A stretch of DNA of 32,000 nt, from NCBI GenBank assembly GCA_010202845.1, contig CP047921.1, positions 780,001-812,000 of the forward strand. Reading direction: 5' to 3'. The translations under genes and the position numbers were made by a program. The notes below the pieces were generated by a model. It saw nothing but the letters and a program-made list of their open reading frames with translations. It ran no database searches and was not told the origin of the DNA. This document shows, in pieces, positions 1 to 7,946 of the stretch. Within the stretch, counting starts at the first letter, position 1. Each line of letters begins with the position of its first letter. Source of the DNA: Candidatus Saccharibacteria bacterium oral taxon 488. GTDB taxonomy: Bacteria > Patescibacteriota > Saccharimonadia > Saccharimonadales > Saccharimonadaceae.

Positions 1-330
1 TGCCACGACCCCGATGCGCCTGGACGCGATGGATTCTATCATTGGACGGTTTGGAATTTGCCGGCCAAAACCACTGAAATCACTGGCGAATCACTGCCCC
101 TAGGCGCTGTCGAAGGCGTTACCAGTTGGGGTTGTCCCGGCTGGGGTGGGCCGCAGCCGCCGTTTGGCACGCACCGCTATCAATTTTACGTATACGCGCT
201 GGACACAACGCTGGATCTACCAGACAGCACCAGGCCCAAAGAACTCATCACTGCTCTCACGCCGCACATCATTGACCAGACCGTGTTGACTGGAAAGTTT
301 GGCGTGTTTGATATTTTCCGGCACGGCTAG
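1..330 (+). CDS. PEBP / YbhB-YbcL family protein (5' end cut by window edge)
   Basis: Frame 1 is open from nt 1 (CHDPDAPGRDGFYHWTVWNLP...) to the stop at 328-330. It carries the DPDAP and GPQPPFGTHRYQFYVYAL signature motifs of bacterial phosphatidylethanolamine-binding-protein homologues. Confidence 0.85.
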   Translation, partial: CHDPDAPGRDGFYHWTVWNLPAKTTEITGESLPLGAVEGVTSWGCPGWGGPQPPFGTHRYQFYVYALDTTLDLPDSTRPKELITALTPHIIDQTVLTGKFGVFDIFRHG

Positions 331-423
331 CCGAGCCCACCAATTAACCAATAGCCAGACCCGTGAATCTTCCAGTCGCCATCTTTCCTCTCGAGTCATT
401 TTTTAGTATACTATCTCCAGCGT

Positions 424-500
424 CGGGGTGTGGCGCAGCTCGGTAGCGCGCACCGTTCGGGACGGTGAGGTCGTCCGTTCAAATCGGATCACCCCGACCA
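424..500 (+). tRNA. tRNA-Pro (anticodon CGG), CCA encoded
   Basis: Hand-folded cloverleaf. Acceptor CGGGGTG/CACCCCG, D-stem GCGC/GCGC, anticodon stem CACCG/CGGTG with loop TTCGGGA (anticodon CGG), T-arm GTCCG-TTCAAAT-CGGAT, discriminator A plus CCA; 77 nt in total. Confidence 0.9.
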
Positions 501-567
501 TGAAATTATTTGAAGCGTATGTTCATCACCTAGAACCTCTGGCGATCACAAAAGCAAAGGAGGCTAT

Positions 568-1035
568 ATGCAGCGACGAGTTAACGTACGCGGAATTATT
601 ATCAACGATCAGGGCGAGCTATTTTGCCAAAAATTGACCGCCAATAACGGCGCGGGGCGAGAGTTTTGGTGTGCACCGGGCGGCGGTTTGGAGATGGGCG
701 AAAGTTTGCTGGACGGTTTACGCCGAGAGATGATTGAGGAAACTGGCGTCAAGCCAACCATCGGCAAGCTATTATTTATCCAACAATTTACCGACACCAA
801 CCCCTCGTCTAAATACGGCATGACCGAGCAACTTGAGTTTTTCTTTTCCGTCACCAACTGGCAAGATTACCAGCATATCGACCTGGAGCAAACATCGCAC
901 GGCGTCGAGGAAGTGGCGGAATGCGGCTTTGTCAATCCGAAAACCACACGGATTTTGCCGAGTTACCTAACAGAGGTTGACCTAAACTGGCTGGTTAATG
1001 AGTCGACCGACGTTCAGATGATGAGCGAATTGTAA
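568..1035 (+). CDS. NUDIX hydrolase
   Basis: Complete Nudix box GGGLEMGESLLDGLRREMIEETG (GX5EX7REUXEEXGU). Strong SD AAGGAGG at 557-563, 4 nt before the ATG. Confidence 0.9.
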   Translation: MQRRVNVRGIIINDQGELFCQKLTANNGAGREFWCAPGGGLEMGESLLDGLRREMIEETGVKPTIGKLLFIQQFTDTNPSSKYGMTEQLEFFFSVTNWQDYQHIDLEQTSHGVEEVAECGFVNPKTTRILPSYLTEVDLNWLVNESTDVQMMSEL

Positions 1036-1136
1036 CAATCCCACCGAGACTATTTACCAAAGATTTTACTATAGTCAGTTTTCGGATAATCTATCGTGCT
1101 TAACGTACCATTTTTAGCTAACACCCCAATAATTTG

Positions 1137-1586
1137 CTACATATAGTCACGCCGTAGGGTGGTTATTGCATGAACAGCCGCCTCCTTAAGTGCGGGTGAA
1201 TTTTCACTCGCAGACACCACTTCTCGGTAACTGCCCAGACATTTTTCTAATAGCTTCCACCTATCGGCTGGAGACTGGTTGAGCTGATTCGCCAAAACTG
1301 ATATAGCGTCAATAAGTAACGACCGGAGGTCACCCTGAACTGATCTATTGATATATCCTTGCGCGCGAGGAATATCCTCACCGTGATCAACTTGCTCAAC
1401 ATAACCACGAAAACTTCTCGCATATTCAAAGTCAATATAGCGAGTCGCAGAATTATCACCGTCAGAACCCGACAGCCGGACAAGATTACGCATAAAAGCA
1501 TCCTTGTGAGCAATATGTATTTTATGCAACGCAGATAATGCCAGAAGAGCATCCATTAAATGCTGTTTGATATTCTCTGAGCTCAT
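1137..1586 (-). CDS. Protein-kinase-like (APH/ChoK-type) phosphotransferase, C-lobe half
   Basis: Brenner motif HxDxxxxN in IAHKDAFMRNLV and the metal-binding Asp in YIDFEYA. The ATG overlaps the stop of the upstream half (ATGA at 1583-1586). Confidence 0.6.
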   Translation of the reverse strand: MSSENIKQHLMDALLALSALHKIHIAHKDAFMRNLVRLSGSDGDNSATRYIDFEYARSFRGYVEQVDHGEDIPRAQGYINRSVQGDLRSLLIDAISVLANQLNQSPADRWKLLEKCLGSYREVVSASENSPALKEAAVHAITTLRRDYM

Positions 1587-2056
1587 TTCACGCCATGCAA
1601 GACCCTCAAAGTTGACCGCTTTTCATCGAATCGAGTCATGATCCATGCCGAACGGTACTTGGAACTAATGGGCTTCCCTGCTATCATAAGTGCTTGAATT
1701 GAGAAGGGGGCCAGTCCCTGCGTACTAACATACTGGGTCATGGCGACCTCGGCAAGAGCAGTTGTCAGTGGAAGCCGCTTAATAGCAAACTCTTCCTTGG
1801 AGCCACTAACTGTTTTCACATCTACAGTAAATGCTCCGTTGCGAGACGAGCCTTCACGTGATAAATCTCTGTGTGGCTCAGCTGTAGCGACAGGGGGGAA
1901 GTTCGGTGTAACATACAGCAATGGTTTATTGTCTAAATCAAGCTCTGGATAAAACTCCCTGGACATATGATCAACTTGCTCTGACATGTCAGGCAAAGAC
2001 GGCCTTCTAGTTGTCTCGACCAGAAGGCGACATGCTGCTCCACGCTCGGTATCCAT
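1583..2056 (-). CDS. Protein-kinase-like phosphotransferase, N-lobe half
   Basis: Gly-rich-loop-like SSRNGAFTV, beta3 lysine motif EFAIKRL and a hinge-like WIMTRFDE. It ends where a C-lobe would begin. Confidence 0.6.
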   Translation of the reverse strand: MDTERGAACRLLVETTRRPSLPDMSEQVDHMSREFYPELDLDNKPLLYVTPNFPPVATAEPHRDLSREGSSRNGAFTVDVKTVSGSKEEFAIKRLPLTTALAEVAMTQYVSTQGLAPFSIQALMIAGKPISSKYRSAWIMTRFDEKRSTLRVLHGVK

Positions 2057-2062
2057 ATTTGT

Positions 2063-2071
2063 GTTATAACA
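2063..2071 (-). promoter_or_regulatory. Extended -10 (TGTTATAAC) 6 nt upstream of the ATG at 2056; leaderless-type promoter
   Basis: The minus strand reads TTTATGTTATAAC-ACAAAT-ATG, with no SD in the 6-nt gap. Confidence 0.5.
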
Positions 2072-2104
2072 TAAAATTATTATTTTGAAAATAGCTATAT
2101 CATA

Positions 2105-2716
2105 CTACCGCATGGCCCGAATCATCTGCCTCAGCTGCTCAACCGCCCGAGCACGGCGTTCCCTTGTCCAATAAGTATCAGGCGTAGCCTTTTCGCCGTC
2201 AGCGGTAGTTTCTTGGAGGAAATGACCGACGACACGGCCGTCTTTTAGTGCCGTCACATCAGGAACATACACTCGCGGTTGTCCGTTCTCGTCGGTGCGA
2301 AGATGCGGCTTTAGTTTCTCAACCAATTTTTTGTAGGTAGCATCATTGGTTTCGCGGGCATGGCGAATGTCGAGATAGTAAATCTTGTCCAGCCCCTCGG
2401 CTTTGGCAGCTTCATCGACGATTGGCGCCAGCTGCTGACACCACGGACACTGCTGAAAGCCAAGGAAAATCAAGCCACTGCCTGATTCAAACTTCTCCAA
2501 AACCTCGCCAGCCGAAGCAAAGACGAAGCGATTGTCATTAGCCACCCGGGAGTAAGCGGTCTTGAAACGAGCAGCGTCTGACGGTTGTGGTGATACGGGC
2601 GTCTGCGGGCGCGACCAGATATACCAACCGCATATGACGATGGTAATGATACCAACAACTACCGCAACAAGAAGCATACATTTGGTATAGTTCTTGGCTG
2701 TTTTCGCATGTTTCAT
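2105..2716 (-). CDS. Membrane-anchored thioredoxin-fold protein (CPWC active site)
   Basis: N-terminal TM helix (MLLVAVVVGIITIVICGWYIW) followed by a Trx-like FLGFQQCPWCQQLAPIV. SD AGGAGG upstream. It is the last gene of the ABC importer operon. Confidence 0.75.
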   Translation of the reverse strand: MKHAKTAKNYTKCMLLVAVVVGIITIVICGWYIWSRPQTPVSPQPSDAARFKTAYSRVANDNRFVFASAGEVLEKFESGSGLIFLGFQQCPWCQQLAPIVDEAAKAEGLDKIYYLDIRHARETNDATYKKLVEKLKPHLRTDENGQPRVYVPDVTALKDGRVVGHFLQETTADGEKATPDTYWTRERRARAVEQLRQMIRAMR

Positions 2717-2728
2717 CTGGACCTCCTG

Positions 2729-3508
2729 TTAGTTATCCTTGACGCCAAAAAACTTCCGCGCCCGTTCGGTCACTGGATGATCCATCACCTGCTCTGGTGG
2801 ACCGTTTTCGATGATCTCACCCTTGTCCAGGAAAATCATCCGCGTAGCTACTTCGCGCGCAAATTTCATTTCGTGCGTGACGATAACCATGGTCATACCT
2901 TTGGCGGCCACCTCACGAATCACATCCAACACCTCGCCGATCATCTCTGGATCAAGCGCCGAGGTTGGCTCATCAAACAGCATGATATCTGGCTCCATGG
3001 CTAGAGCTCTGGCGATGGCGACACGCTGCTTTTGCCCGCCTGAGAGCTGCGAAGGAAAGGCCCCGGCTTTGTCCGCCAGCCCCACGTCTGCGAGCAATTT
3101 CTTTGCCAGGCGAGTCGCCGCCCGATCAGACAATTTGCGTAATTTCCGCGGCGCCAGTTTGATGTTATCCAGCACGCTCAAGTTCGGAAACAGATTGAAT
3201 GATTGAAACACCATGCCAACTTTTTGGCGCAGTGCGTTCAGGTCGACTTTCGGCGCTGTCGTTTCCACACCGTCGATGACAATGCGCCCGCCCGTCGGCG
3301 TCTCCAGCAGATTCAAGCAGCGCAAAAAGGTTGATTTACCAGAGCCGCTTGAACCAACAACCACGACCACTTCGCCTTCATGAACTTCAACGTCAATGTC
3401 CCTGAGCACACGGTTACTGCCAAACTGTTTCTTGAGGTTAGCCACCGTGATGATTGCTGGGTGCTCAGTGCTCGGCTGCGCTACTTCCTTCACCTTATTC
3501 ACTGCCAT
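2729..3508 (-). CDS. Polar amino-acid ABC transporter ATP-binding protein (GlnQ/HisP-like)
   Basis: Walker A GSSGSGKST, ABC signature LSGGQKQR, Walker B IMLFDEPTSALD and H-loop VTHEM. Confidence 0.92.
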   Translation of the reverse strand: MAVNKVKEVAQPSTEHPAIITVANLKKQFGSNRVLRDIDVEVHEGEVVVVVGSSGSGKSTFLRCLNLLETPTGGRIVIDGVETTAPKVDLNALRQKVGMVFQSFNLFPNLSVLDNIKLAPRKLRKLSDRAATRLAKKLLADVGLADKAGAFPSQLSGGQKQRVAIARALAMEPDIMLFDEPTSALDPEMIGEVLDVIREVAAKGMTMVIVTHEMKFAREVATRMIFLDKGEIIENGPPEQVMDHPVTERARKFFGVKDN

Positions 3509-4211
3509 CCTTTAGTCTCCTCTCCACTCGCGTCATCACGCGGGTAAATATGGCGGTCAACGCCAAGTACATCACCGCTGCGGCAAACAATGACTGAAAC
3601 GCCGTGGCCGTTTGAAACCGAATATTATCGGCGCCGCGCATGATATCATTCAGCCCAATCCAGCCAACCACCGACGTCTCTTTCAGTAGGGCGATGAATT
3701 CGCTGATCAGTGCTGGCAACGAATTTTTGAGCGCTTGTGGCAAAATCACCAAACGCATGGCCTGCCAGCGGCTGAATCCCAGCGAACGAGCTGCTTCCAT
3801 TTGCCCCTTGTCAACACTTTCGATACCACCGCGAATGATCTCGCCAATGTATGCACCGCTATTGATACCAAAGGCAATTGCTGCCACAAAAATCTTCGGC
3901 ATAAACTGATATGAACCAAAAACGACGTAGTACATAATCAACAGCTGAACCAGAAGCGGCGTGCCCCGAATGATGTCGACATACACTTTCCCAATCCACG
4001 CCAGCGGATTCCAGCGACTCAGTCCTTTGGCCCACGAGAAGCGCCCCAGCAGCTTGAATGGCCGTACGTCTGAGGTTCGCAAAAGAGCGATGATGACACC
4101 GATGGCCGTACCGAGCAGCAGTGACAGAACAGTCAATACCAAGGTTACTTCTAGGCCGTGCCACAAATACAGCCACCGACCATCGCCGAAGATTACTTCC
4201 AGGAAATTCAC
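3495..4211 (-). CDS. Polar amino-acid ABC transporter permease (HisM/GlnP family)
   Basis: Multi-TM protein with an EAA-type loop (EAARSLGFSRWQAMRLVILPQA). GTG start overlaps the upstream stop (GTGA at 4208-4211). Confidence 0.88.
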   Translation of the reverse strand: MNFLEVIFGDGRWLYLWHGLEVTLVLTVLSLLLGTAIGVIIALLRTSDVRPFKLLGRFSWAKGLSRWNPLAWIGKVYVDIIRGTPLLVQLLIMYYVVFGSYQFMPKIFVAAIAFGINSGAYIGEIIRGGIESVDKGQMEAARSLGFSRWQAMRLVILPQALKNSLPALISEFIALLKETSVVGWIGLNDIMRGADNIRFQTATAFQSLFAAAVMYLALTAIFTRVMTRVERRLKDGSE

Positions 4212-5032
4212 GATTCAAGCTCCTTTTTCTTCATCAATTCAAGAGCTCTCGGCCCAAAATGTTTGCGGATGAGATTGTCGTACCGACCGTCCTTTTTCAT
4301 CTCCGCCAACACTCGGTTAACTTTTTTTAGCAAGTCATGGTTATTATTTTTGATGGCAATTGCATAATGCTCGCTTGATAACTCGCCCGGCAAAATCTCT
4401 AATCCCGGAAAACCCGCCGTATACTGAGCAGCCGGCGCATCATCCAAAATAACCGCCTCGACGCCACCAGCATTGAGCTCGGTCAGTACACTTGGCGCGG
4501 TTGGGAATTGTGATACTTTAGCACCGGTAATTTTTCCGGCCAACGTATCACCCGTCGTGCCCAGCTGCACGCCAATTTTCTTGCCCATCAGTTGATGCCT
4601 GTTCCGAATTGGACTACCCTTTTTGACAATAATCCGCTGCGATGCAGAATAATACGGCTCGGAAAATAACGCATTTTTGGCACGCTCCGGCGTCACCGAC
4701 ATGCCAGCCACCGCCATGTCAATTTGCCCTGATTCCAGCGCTGGCAGCAATCCGTCAAACGACATGTCTTCAATCTTTAGCTCTTTATTCACGCTGCGGG
4801 CAATTTCCTTTGCCAAATCAACATCAAAGCCAACAATTTCATTGCCCTGCTTGTATTCAAACGGCTTAAAGCCAGCATTGGTGCCCATCACCAACACGTC
4901 ATCACTCTTACCAAATCCACCTTCGCGCTGCAAAATGTCAAACGCCATAAAGCCAATCAACGCCACAAACAGCCCCAGGCCTATCCACCAACTAACACCA
5001 AACCCCCGATGATGCGCTTTCGTTCTGTTCAT
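4208..5032 (-). CDS. Amino-acid ABC transporter substrate-binding protein, N-terminally membrane anchored
   Basis: Family-3 SBP-like sequence (GFDVDLAKEIA..., DMAVAGMSVTPER). I chose the start MNRTKAHH (ATG at 5032) because a -10 element sits 7 nt upstream. The longer ORF-track start at 5140 would overlap the divergent gene. Confidence 0.85.
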   Translation of the reverse strand: MNRTKAHHRGFGVSWWIGLGLFVALIGFMAFDILQREGGFGKSDDVLVMGTNAGFKPFEYKQGNEIVGFDVDLAKEIARSVNKELKIEDMSFDGLLPALESGQIDMAVAGMSVTPERAKNALFSEPYYSASQRIIVKKGSPIRNRHQLMGKKIGVQLGTTGDTLAGKITGAKVSQFPTAPSVLTELNAGGVEAVILDDAPAAQYTAGFPGLEILPGELSSEHYAIAIKNNNHDLLKKVNRVLAEMKKDGRYDNLIRKHFGPRALELMKKKELES

Positions 5033-5070
5033 GCTTATCAGTATACGCGCTTTGAAAAGAAATGATAAGC
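5033..5070 (-). promoter_or_regulatory. Promoter of the ABC importer operon bracketed by a perfect 8-bp inverted repeat
   Basis: The minus strand reads TTATCA-N17-TATACT-GATAAGC-ATG. GCTTATCA (5033-5040) and TGATAAGC (5063-5070) are exact reverse complements, overlapping the start site and the -35 respectively. Confidence 0.5.
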
Positions 5071-5104
5071 CCCCAAACCAGCCCACGTACCCAGCCAAAC
5101 GTTG

Positions 5105-5110
5105 TATAAT
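5105..5110 (+). promoter_or_regulatory. -10 hexamer TATAAT, 6 nt upstream of the ATG at 5117 (leaderless-type)
   Basis: Sequence is gtTGTATAAT-atcatt-ATG, with no SD. Confidence 0.45.
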
Positions 5111-5116
5111 ATCATT

Positions 5117-6637
5117 ATGAGCACCTCTCCGTCTGGCCACGGCGCCAACAACCGCATTATCATTCGCGTGGCTATCGTCTTGCTATTACTATGTAGCGCT
5201 GTTTTCTTTGTCGCTAGCCGCTATAAAATTGTGCAATTTCGTGACGCCAAGATTGACGAGATTTTATTTTATTTCAAGAACGGCCTGGCGGGTGGGCAAT
5301 CTAGCAGCTTTACCTCAGCCGTCTGGGAAAATATCCCCTACGTCATTGGGCTGCTCATCATTTTGCTACTGCCAATCATCCTCAAACTACGTTGGAAAAA
5401 ACGACCGCTCCGCTTGCGTCACCAAGCGTATTACGCAGGCGGCCTATTCATGATCAGCCTAGCGCTGTTAGTTCAAAGTTTCAGCATCCCCGCCTACGTC
5501 ATCGCCCTCGCCCAGTCGTCAAAGATCTATGATCAGCATTATGTCGATCCGCGCGGCGTCAAGTTGACTTTTCCTGGTACCAAACGCAACTTGATTTATA
5601 TCTACGTCGAGTCGCTGGAAAATACGCCCGCCGCCAAAGCCAGTGGCGGCATGAGCGACAAATCAGTCATTCCGGAGTTAGAAAAATTAGCACTGACTAA
5701 TACCTCCTTTTCACACCGAGCCTCAGGCCTCGGCGGCGCCCTACCTGCACACGGTACCACTTGGACGGTAGCCGGCATGACCGCTCAATCCGCCGGCGTG
5801 CCGCTCAAAGACGGTGGGGTGTTCGGTGACCGCGACCGCAACGGCATGGGTGATTTTAATAAATTCTTGCCGGGCGCTTATACCCTTGGGCAGGTGCTTG
5901 AAAAAGCTGGCTACAACCAATCATTCCTCATGGGCTCAAACAAAGCCTTCGGCGGGCGCGATAAACTACTGGAGCAACACGGCGATTACCACATCATTGA
6001 CCTCACCTATACCCGAAAGCATGGTTTAATCCCACAAAACTACGAGGTGTGGTGGGGCTATGAAGATAAAAAGCTTTTTCAATTTGCCCGCGACGAGGCC
6101 ACCCGTCTCAGTAAGTCCGACAAGCCATTCAACCTACAAATGCTGACTGTTGACACGCACTTCACCGATGGCTGGATGGATAAAGATGTTTGCAAGGAGC
6201 AATTTGAAGCGAAATACGACAATGTTCATGCCTGTGCCTCCAAACAAATCGCGTCCTTCGTCGAGTGGGTCAAGCAACAGCCATTTTACGCCAACACTAC
6301 TATCATCATCAGTGGTGATCACCTCGGCATGCAAACGCCATATTATGAAGAGAAAATTGCTGGCGCTCCCTACCAACGAACCATTTACAACGCCTTTATC
6401 AACCCCGCTGTCCAGCCAATTCGCGCTACTAACCGCCAATTTGCTGCCTTTGACATGTATCCATCGACCCTGGCGGCACTGGGCGTGACGGTAGATGGCA
6501 ACCGTATGGGACTAGGCACTAATTTATTCTCAAATCGCCAGACACTGGTCGAACAATTTGGCGGCATCGACCAGCTTAACGCCGAGCTCAGCAAACGCTC
6601 AACCTACTACGAACGGCGGATCTTGAGCAGTTCATAA
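5117..6637 (+). CDS. LTA synthase / phosphoglycerol-transferase family protein (sulfatase-fold, membrane anchored)
   Basis: N-terminal TM helices followed by an alkaline-phosphatase-superfamily domain (YIYVESLE, TVDTHFTDGW, IIISGDHLGM). The start is set at the ATG at 5117 rather than the TTG at 5102, which lies inside the -10 element. Confidence 0.8.
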   Translation: MSTSPSGHGANNRIIIRVAIVLLLLCSAVFFVASRYKIVQFRDAKIDEILFYFKNGLAGGQSSSFTSAVWENIPYVIGLLIILLLPIILKLRWKKRPLRLRHQAYYAGGLFMISLALLVQSFSIPAYVIALAQSSKIYDQHYVDPRGVKLTFPGTKRNLIYIYVESLENTPAAKASGGMSDKSVIPELEKLALTNTSFSHRASGLGGALPAHGTTWTVAGMTAQSAGVPLKDGGVFGDRDRNGMGDFNKFLPGAYTLGQVLEKAGYNQSFLMGSNKAFGGRDKLLEQHGDYHIIDLTYTRKHGLIPQNYEVWWGYEDKKLFQFARDEATRLSKSDKPFNLQMLTVDTHFTDGWMDKDVCKEQFEAKYDNVHACASKQIASFVEWVKQQPFYANTTIIISGDHLGMQTPYYEEKIAGAPYQRTIYNAFINPAVQPIRATNRQFAAFDMYPSTLAALGVTVDGNRMGLGTNLFSNRQTLVEQFGGIDQLNAELSKRSTYYERRILSSS

Positions 6638-6654
6638 ATAAGCACGTCTTGCCC

Positions 6655-6684
6655 ATAAAAATCCGACGAGTCACCCCGCCGGAT
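6655..6684 (-). terminator. Rho-independent terminator downstream of galE
   Basis: Minus-strand RNA reads ATCCGGCG-GGGTGACT-CGTCGGAT (8-bp stem with one G.U) followed by TTTTAT. The plus-strand version has an A.C mismatch and no U-tract. Confidence 0.65.
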
Positions 6685-6706
6685 TTAGCATATGTATTCA
6701 AGCACC

Positions 6707-7720
6707 TTATGCGCCGTAGCCGTTCGGGTTATTGCTCTGCCAGTTCCAGGCGTCACGGCAGGCATCCTCAATCGTTAGTTCTGCCTGCCAGCCCAGCTCT
6801 GCCTCTGCCAATCCCGGGTCAGCATAACACGCGGCGATATCGCCCGGCCGGCGTGGCGTAATCTGGTATGGAATCTCCCGACCAGACGCCGCTTCAAATG
6901 CTTTTACTAATTCCAACACCGACGTGCCGCGGCCAGTGCCGATGTTGTACGTCTTATACTCATCCGGCTCGCCCAAATGTTCCAACGCCGCCACGTGCGC
7001 CCGTGCCAAATCAACCACGTGAATATAATCGCGCACGCCCGTGCCGTCCGGCGTGTCATAATCGTCGCCAAACACACTCAAATGGTCGCGCTTGCCGACC
7101 GCCACTTGCGATACGAACGGCAGCAAATTATTCGGAATGCCTGACGGGTCTTCGCCGATGCGGCCACTCGGATGAGCGCCAACGGGATTGAAATAGCGCA
7201 GCGAGGTAAACTGCCAACCCTGCTTGGTCGCCGCCACATCGCGTAGAATTTGCTCGATCATCAGCTTGGTTTGGCCGTACGGATTGGTCGCCGACAGCGG
7301 CATATCCTCGGTAATCGGCAGCCGTGCCGGGTCGCCGTACACCGTTGCCGAGCTAGAAAAGACCAGCTTTTTCACGTCAAATTCCTGCATGACATCCAGT
7401 AGTGTCAATGTGCTTTCCAAATTATTCTGATAATAGAGCAGCGCTTTTTCCACCGACTCGCCGACGGCCTTCAGGCCCGCAAAATGAATCGCTGCGTCAA
7501 TCGTCTCAGATTTGAATAACTCCGCCAGCCGCGCCCGATCACATAGGTCAAACTCATAAAACGGCACCGCTTGACCGGTAATTTCCTCAACCCGCCGCAA
7601 ACTCTCGGCAGATGAATTTGATAAATTGTCGACCACCACCACGTCGTGACCCGAGGCCAGTAGTTCAATGATGGTGTGGCTGCCGATATACCCAGCACCG
7701 CCAGTAACGAGAATGTTCAT
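6707..7720 (-). CDS. galE: UDP-glucose 4-epimerase
   Basis: Rossmann motif VTGGAGYIGSH, catalytic YGQTK (YxxxK), and full-length similarity to GalE (337 aa). SD AGGGG 6 nt upstream. Confidence 0.93.
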   Translation of the reverse strand: MNILVTGGAGYIGSHTIIELLASGHDVVVVDNLSNSSAESLRRVEEITGQAVPFYEFDLCDRARLAELFKSETIDAAIHFAGLKAVGESVEKALLYYQNNLESTLTLLDVMQEFDVKKLVFSSSATVYGDPARLPITEDMPLSATNPYGQTKLMIEQILRDVAATKQGWQFTSLRYFNPVGAHPSGRIGEDPSGIPNNLLPFVSQVAVGKRDHLSVFGDDYDTPDGTGVRDYIHVVDLARAHVAALEHLGEPDEYKTYNIGTGRGTSVLELVKAFEAASGREIPYQITPRRPGDIAACYADPGLAEAELGWQAELTIEDACRDAWNWQSNNPNGYGA

Positions 7721-7751
7721 GAAGTACCCCTTTCGCTATGATTCTAGGATT

Positions 7752-7760
7752 ATTATATCA
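7752..7760 (-). promoter_or_regulatory. Extended -10 TGATATAAT for galE (with a roughly 25-nt leader carrying the SD)
   Basis: Minus strand reads CATCTGATATAATAATCC, 31 nt upstream of the ATG. Confidence 0.5.
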
Positions 7761-7820
7761 GATGTAAACTGTAGCCATATCGCTCGTGTAGGACATACGT
7801 TTATTAAGTAGTAGTCTGGG

Positions 7821-7847
7821 CTAGCACTCTTGCACTGAGAGTGCTAA
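7821..7847 (+). promoter_or_regulatory. CIRCE element (HrcA operator)
   Basis: CTAGCACTC-N9-GAGTGCTAA matches the CIRCE consensus TTAGCACTC-N9-GAGTGCTAA at 17 of 18 positions. It lies immediately upstream of the clpB -10 region. Confidence 0.85.
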
Positions 7848-7849
7848 TT

Positions 7850-7861
7850 TGCTATGATAAT
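7850..7861 (+). promoter_or_regulatory. clpB -10 region (TGCTATGATAAT, with overlapping TGnTATGAT and GATAAT candidates)
   Basis: Position relative to CIRCE and to the roughly 85-nt leader that ends in SD AAGGAGG (7936-7942). Confidence 0.45.
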
Positions 7862-7946
7862 CATATCAATTATCCCCGCTCTGTCTCTTGCCGCGGCGTA
7901 TCATAAATACGGACTTAGAAAAGCCCAAAGAATCAAAGGAGGACCT

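Noticed and set aside
428-637. 69-aa ORF on the plus strand
   Set aside because: It starts inside tRNA-Pro (424-500) and runs into the NUDIX gene. It has no SD and its sequence is not protein-like.
5033-5140. Longer N-terminal extension of the substrate-binding protein ORF (track start 5140), and the TTG start at 5102 for the LTA-synthase-family gene
   Set aside because: The extension would overlap the divergent gene and its promoter. The ATG at 5032 gives a normal basic-then-TM N-terminus behind a -35/-10 pair. The TTG at 5102 lies inside the TATAAT element.
7854-7946. 31-aa N-terminal extension of clpB from the ATG at 7854
   Set aside because: The ATG at 7854 lies within the -10 region just after CIRCE and has no SD. 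The ATG at 7947 has a perfect AAGGAGG 4 nt upstream.
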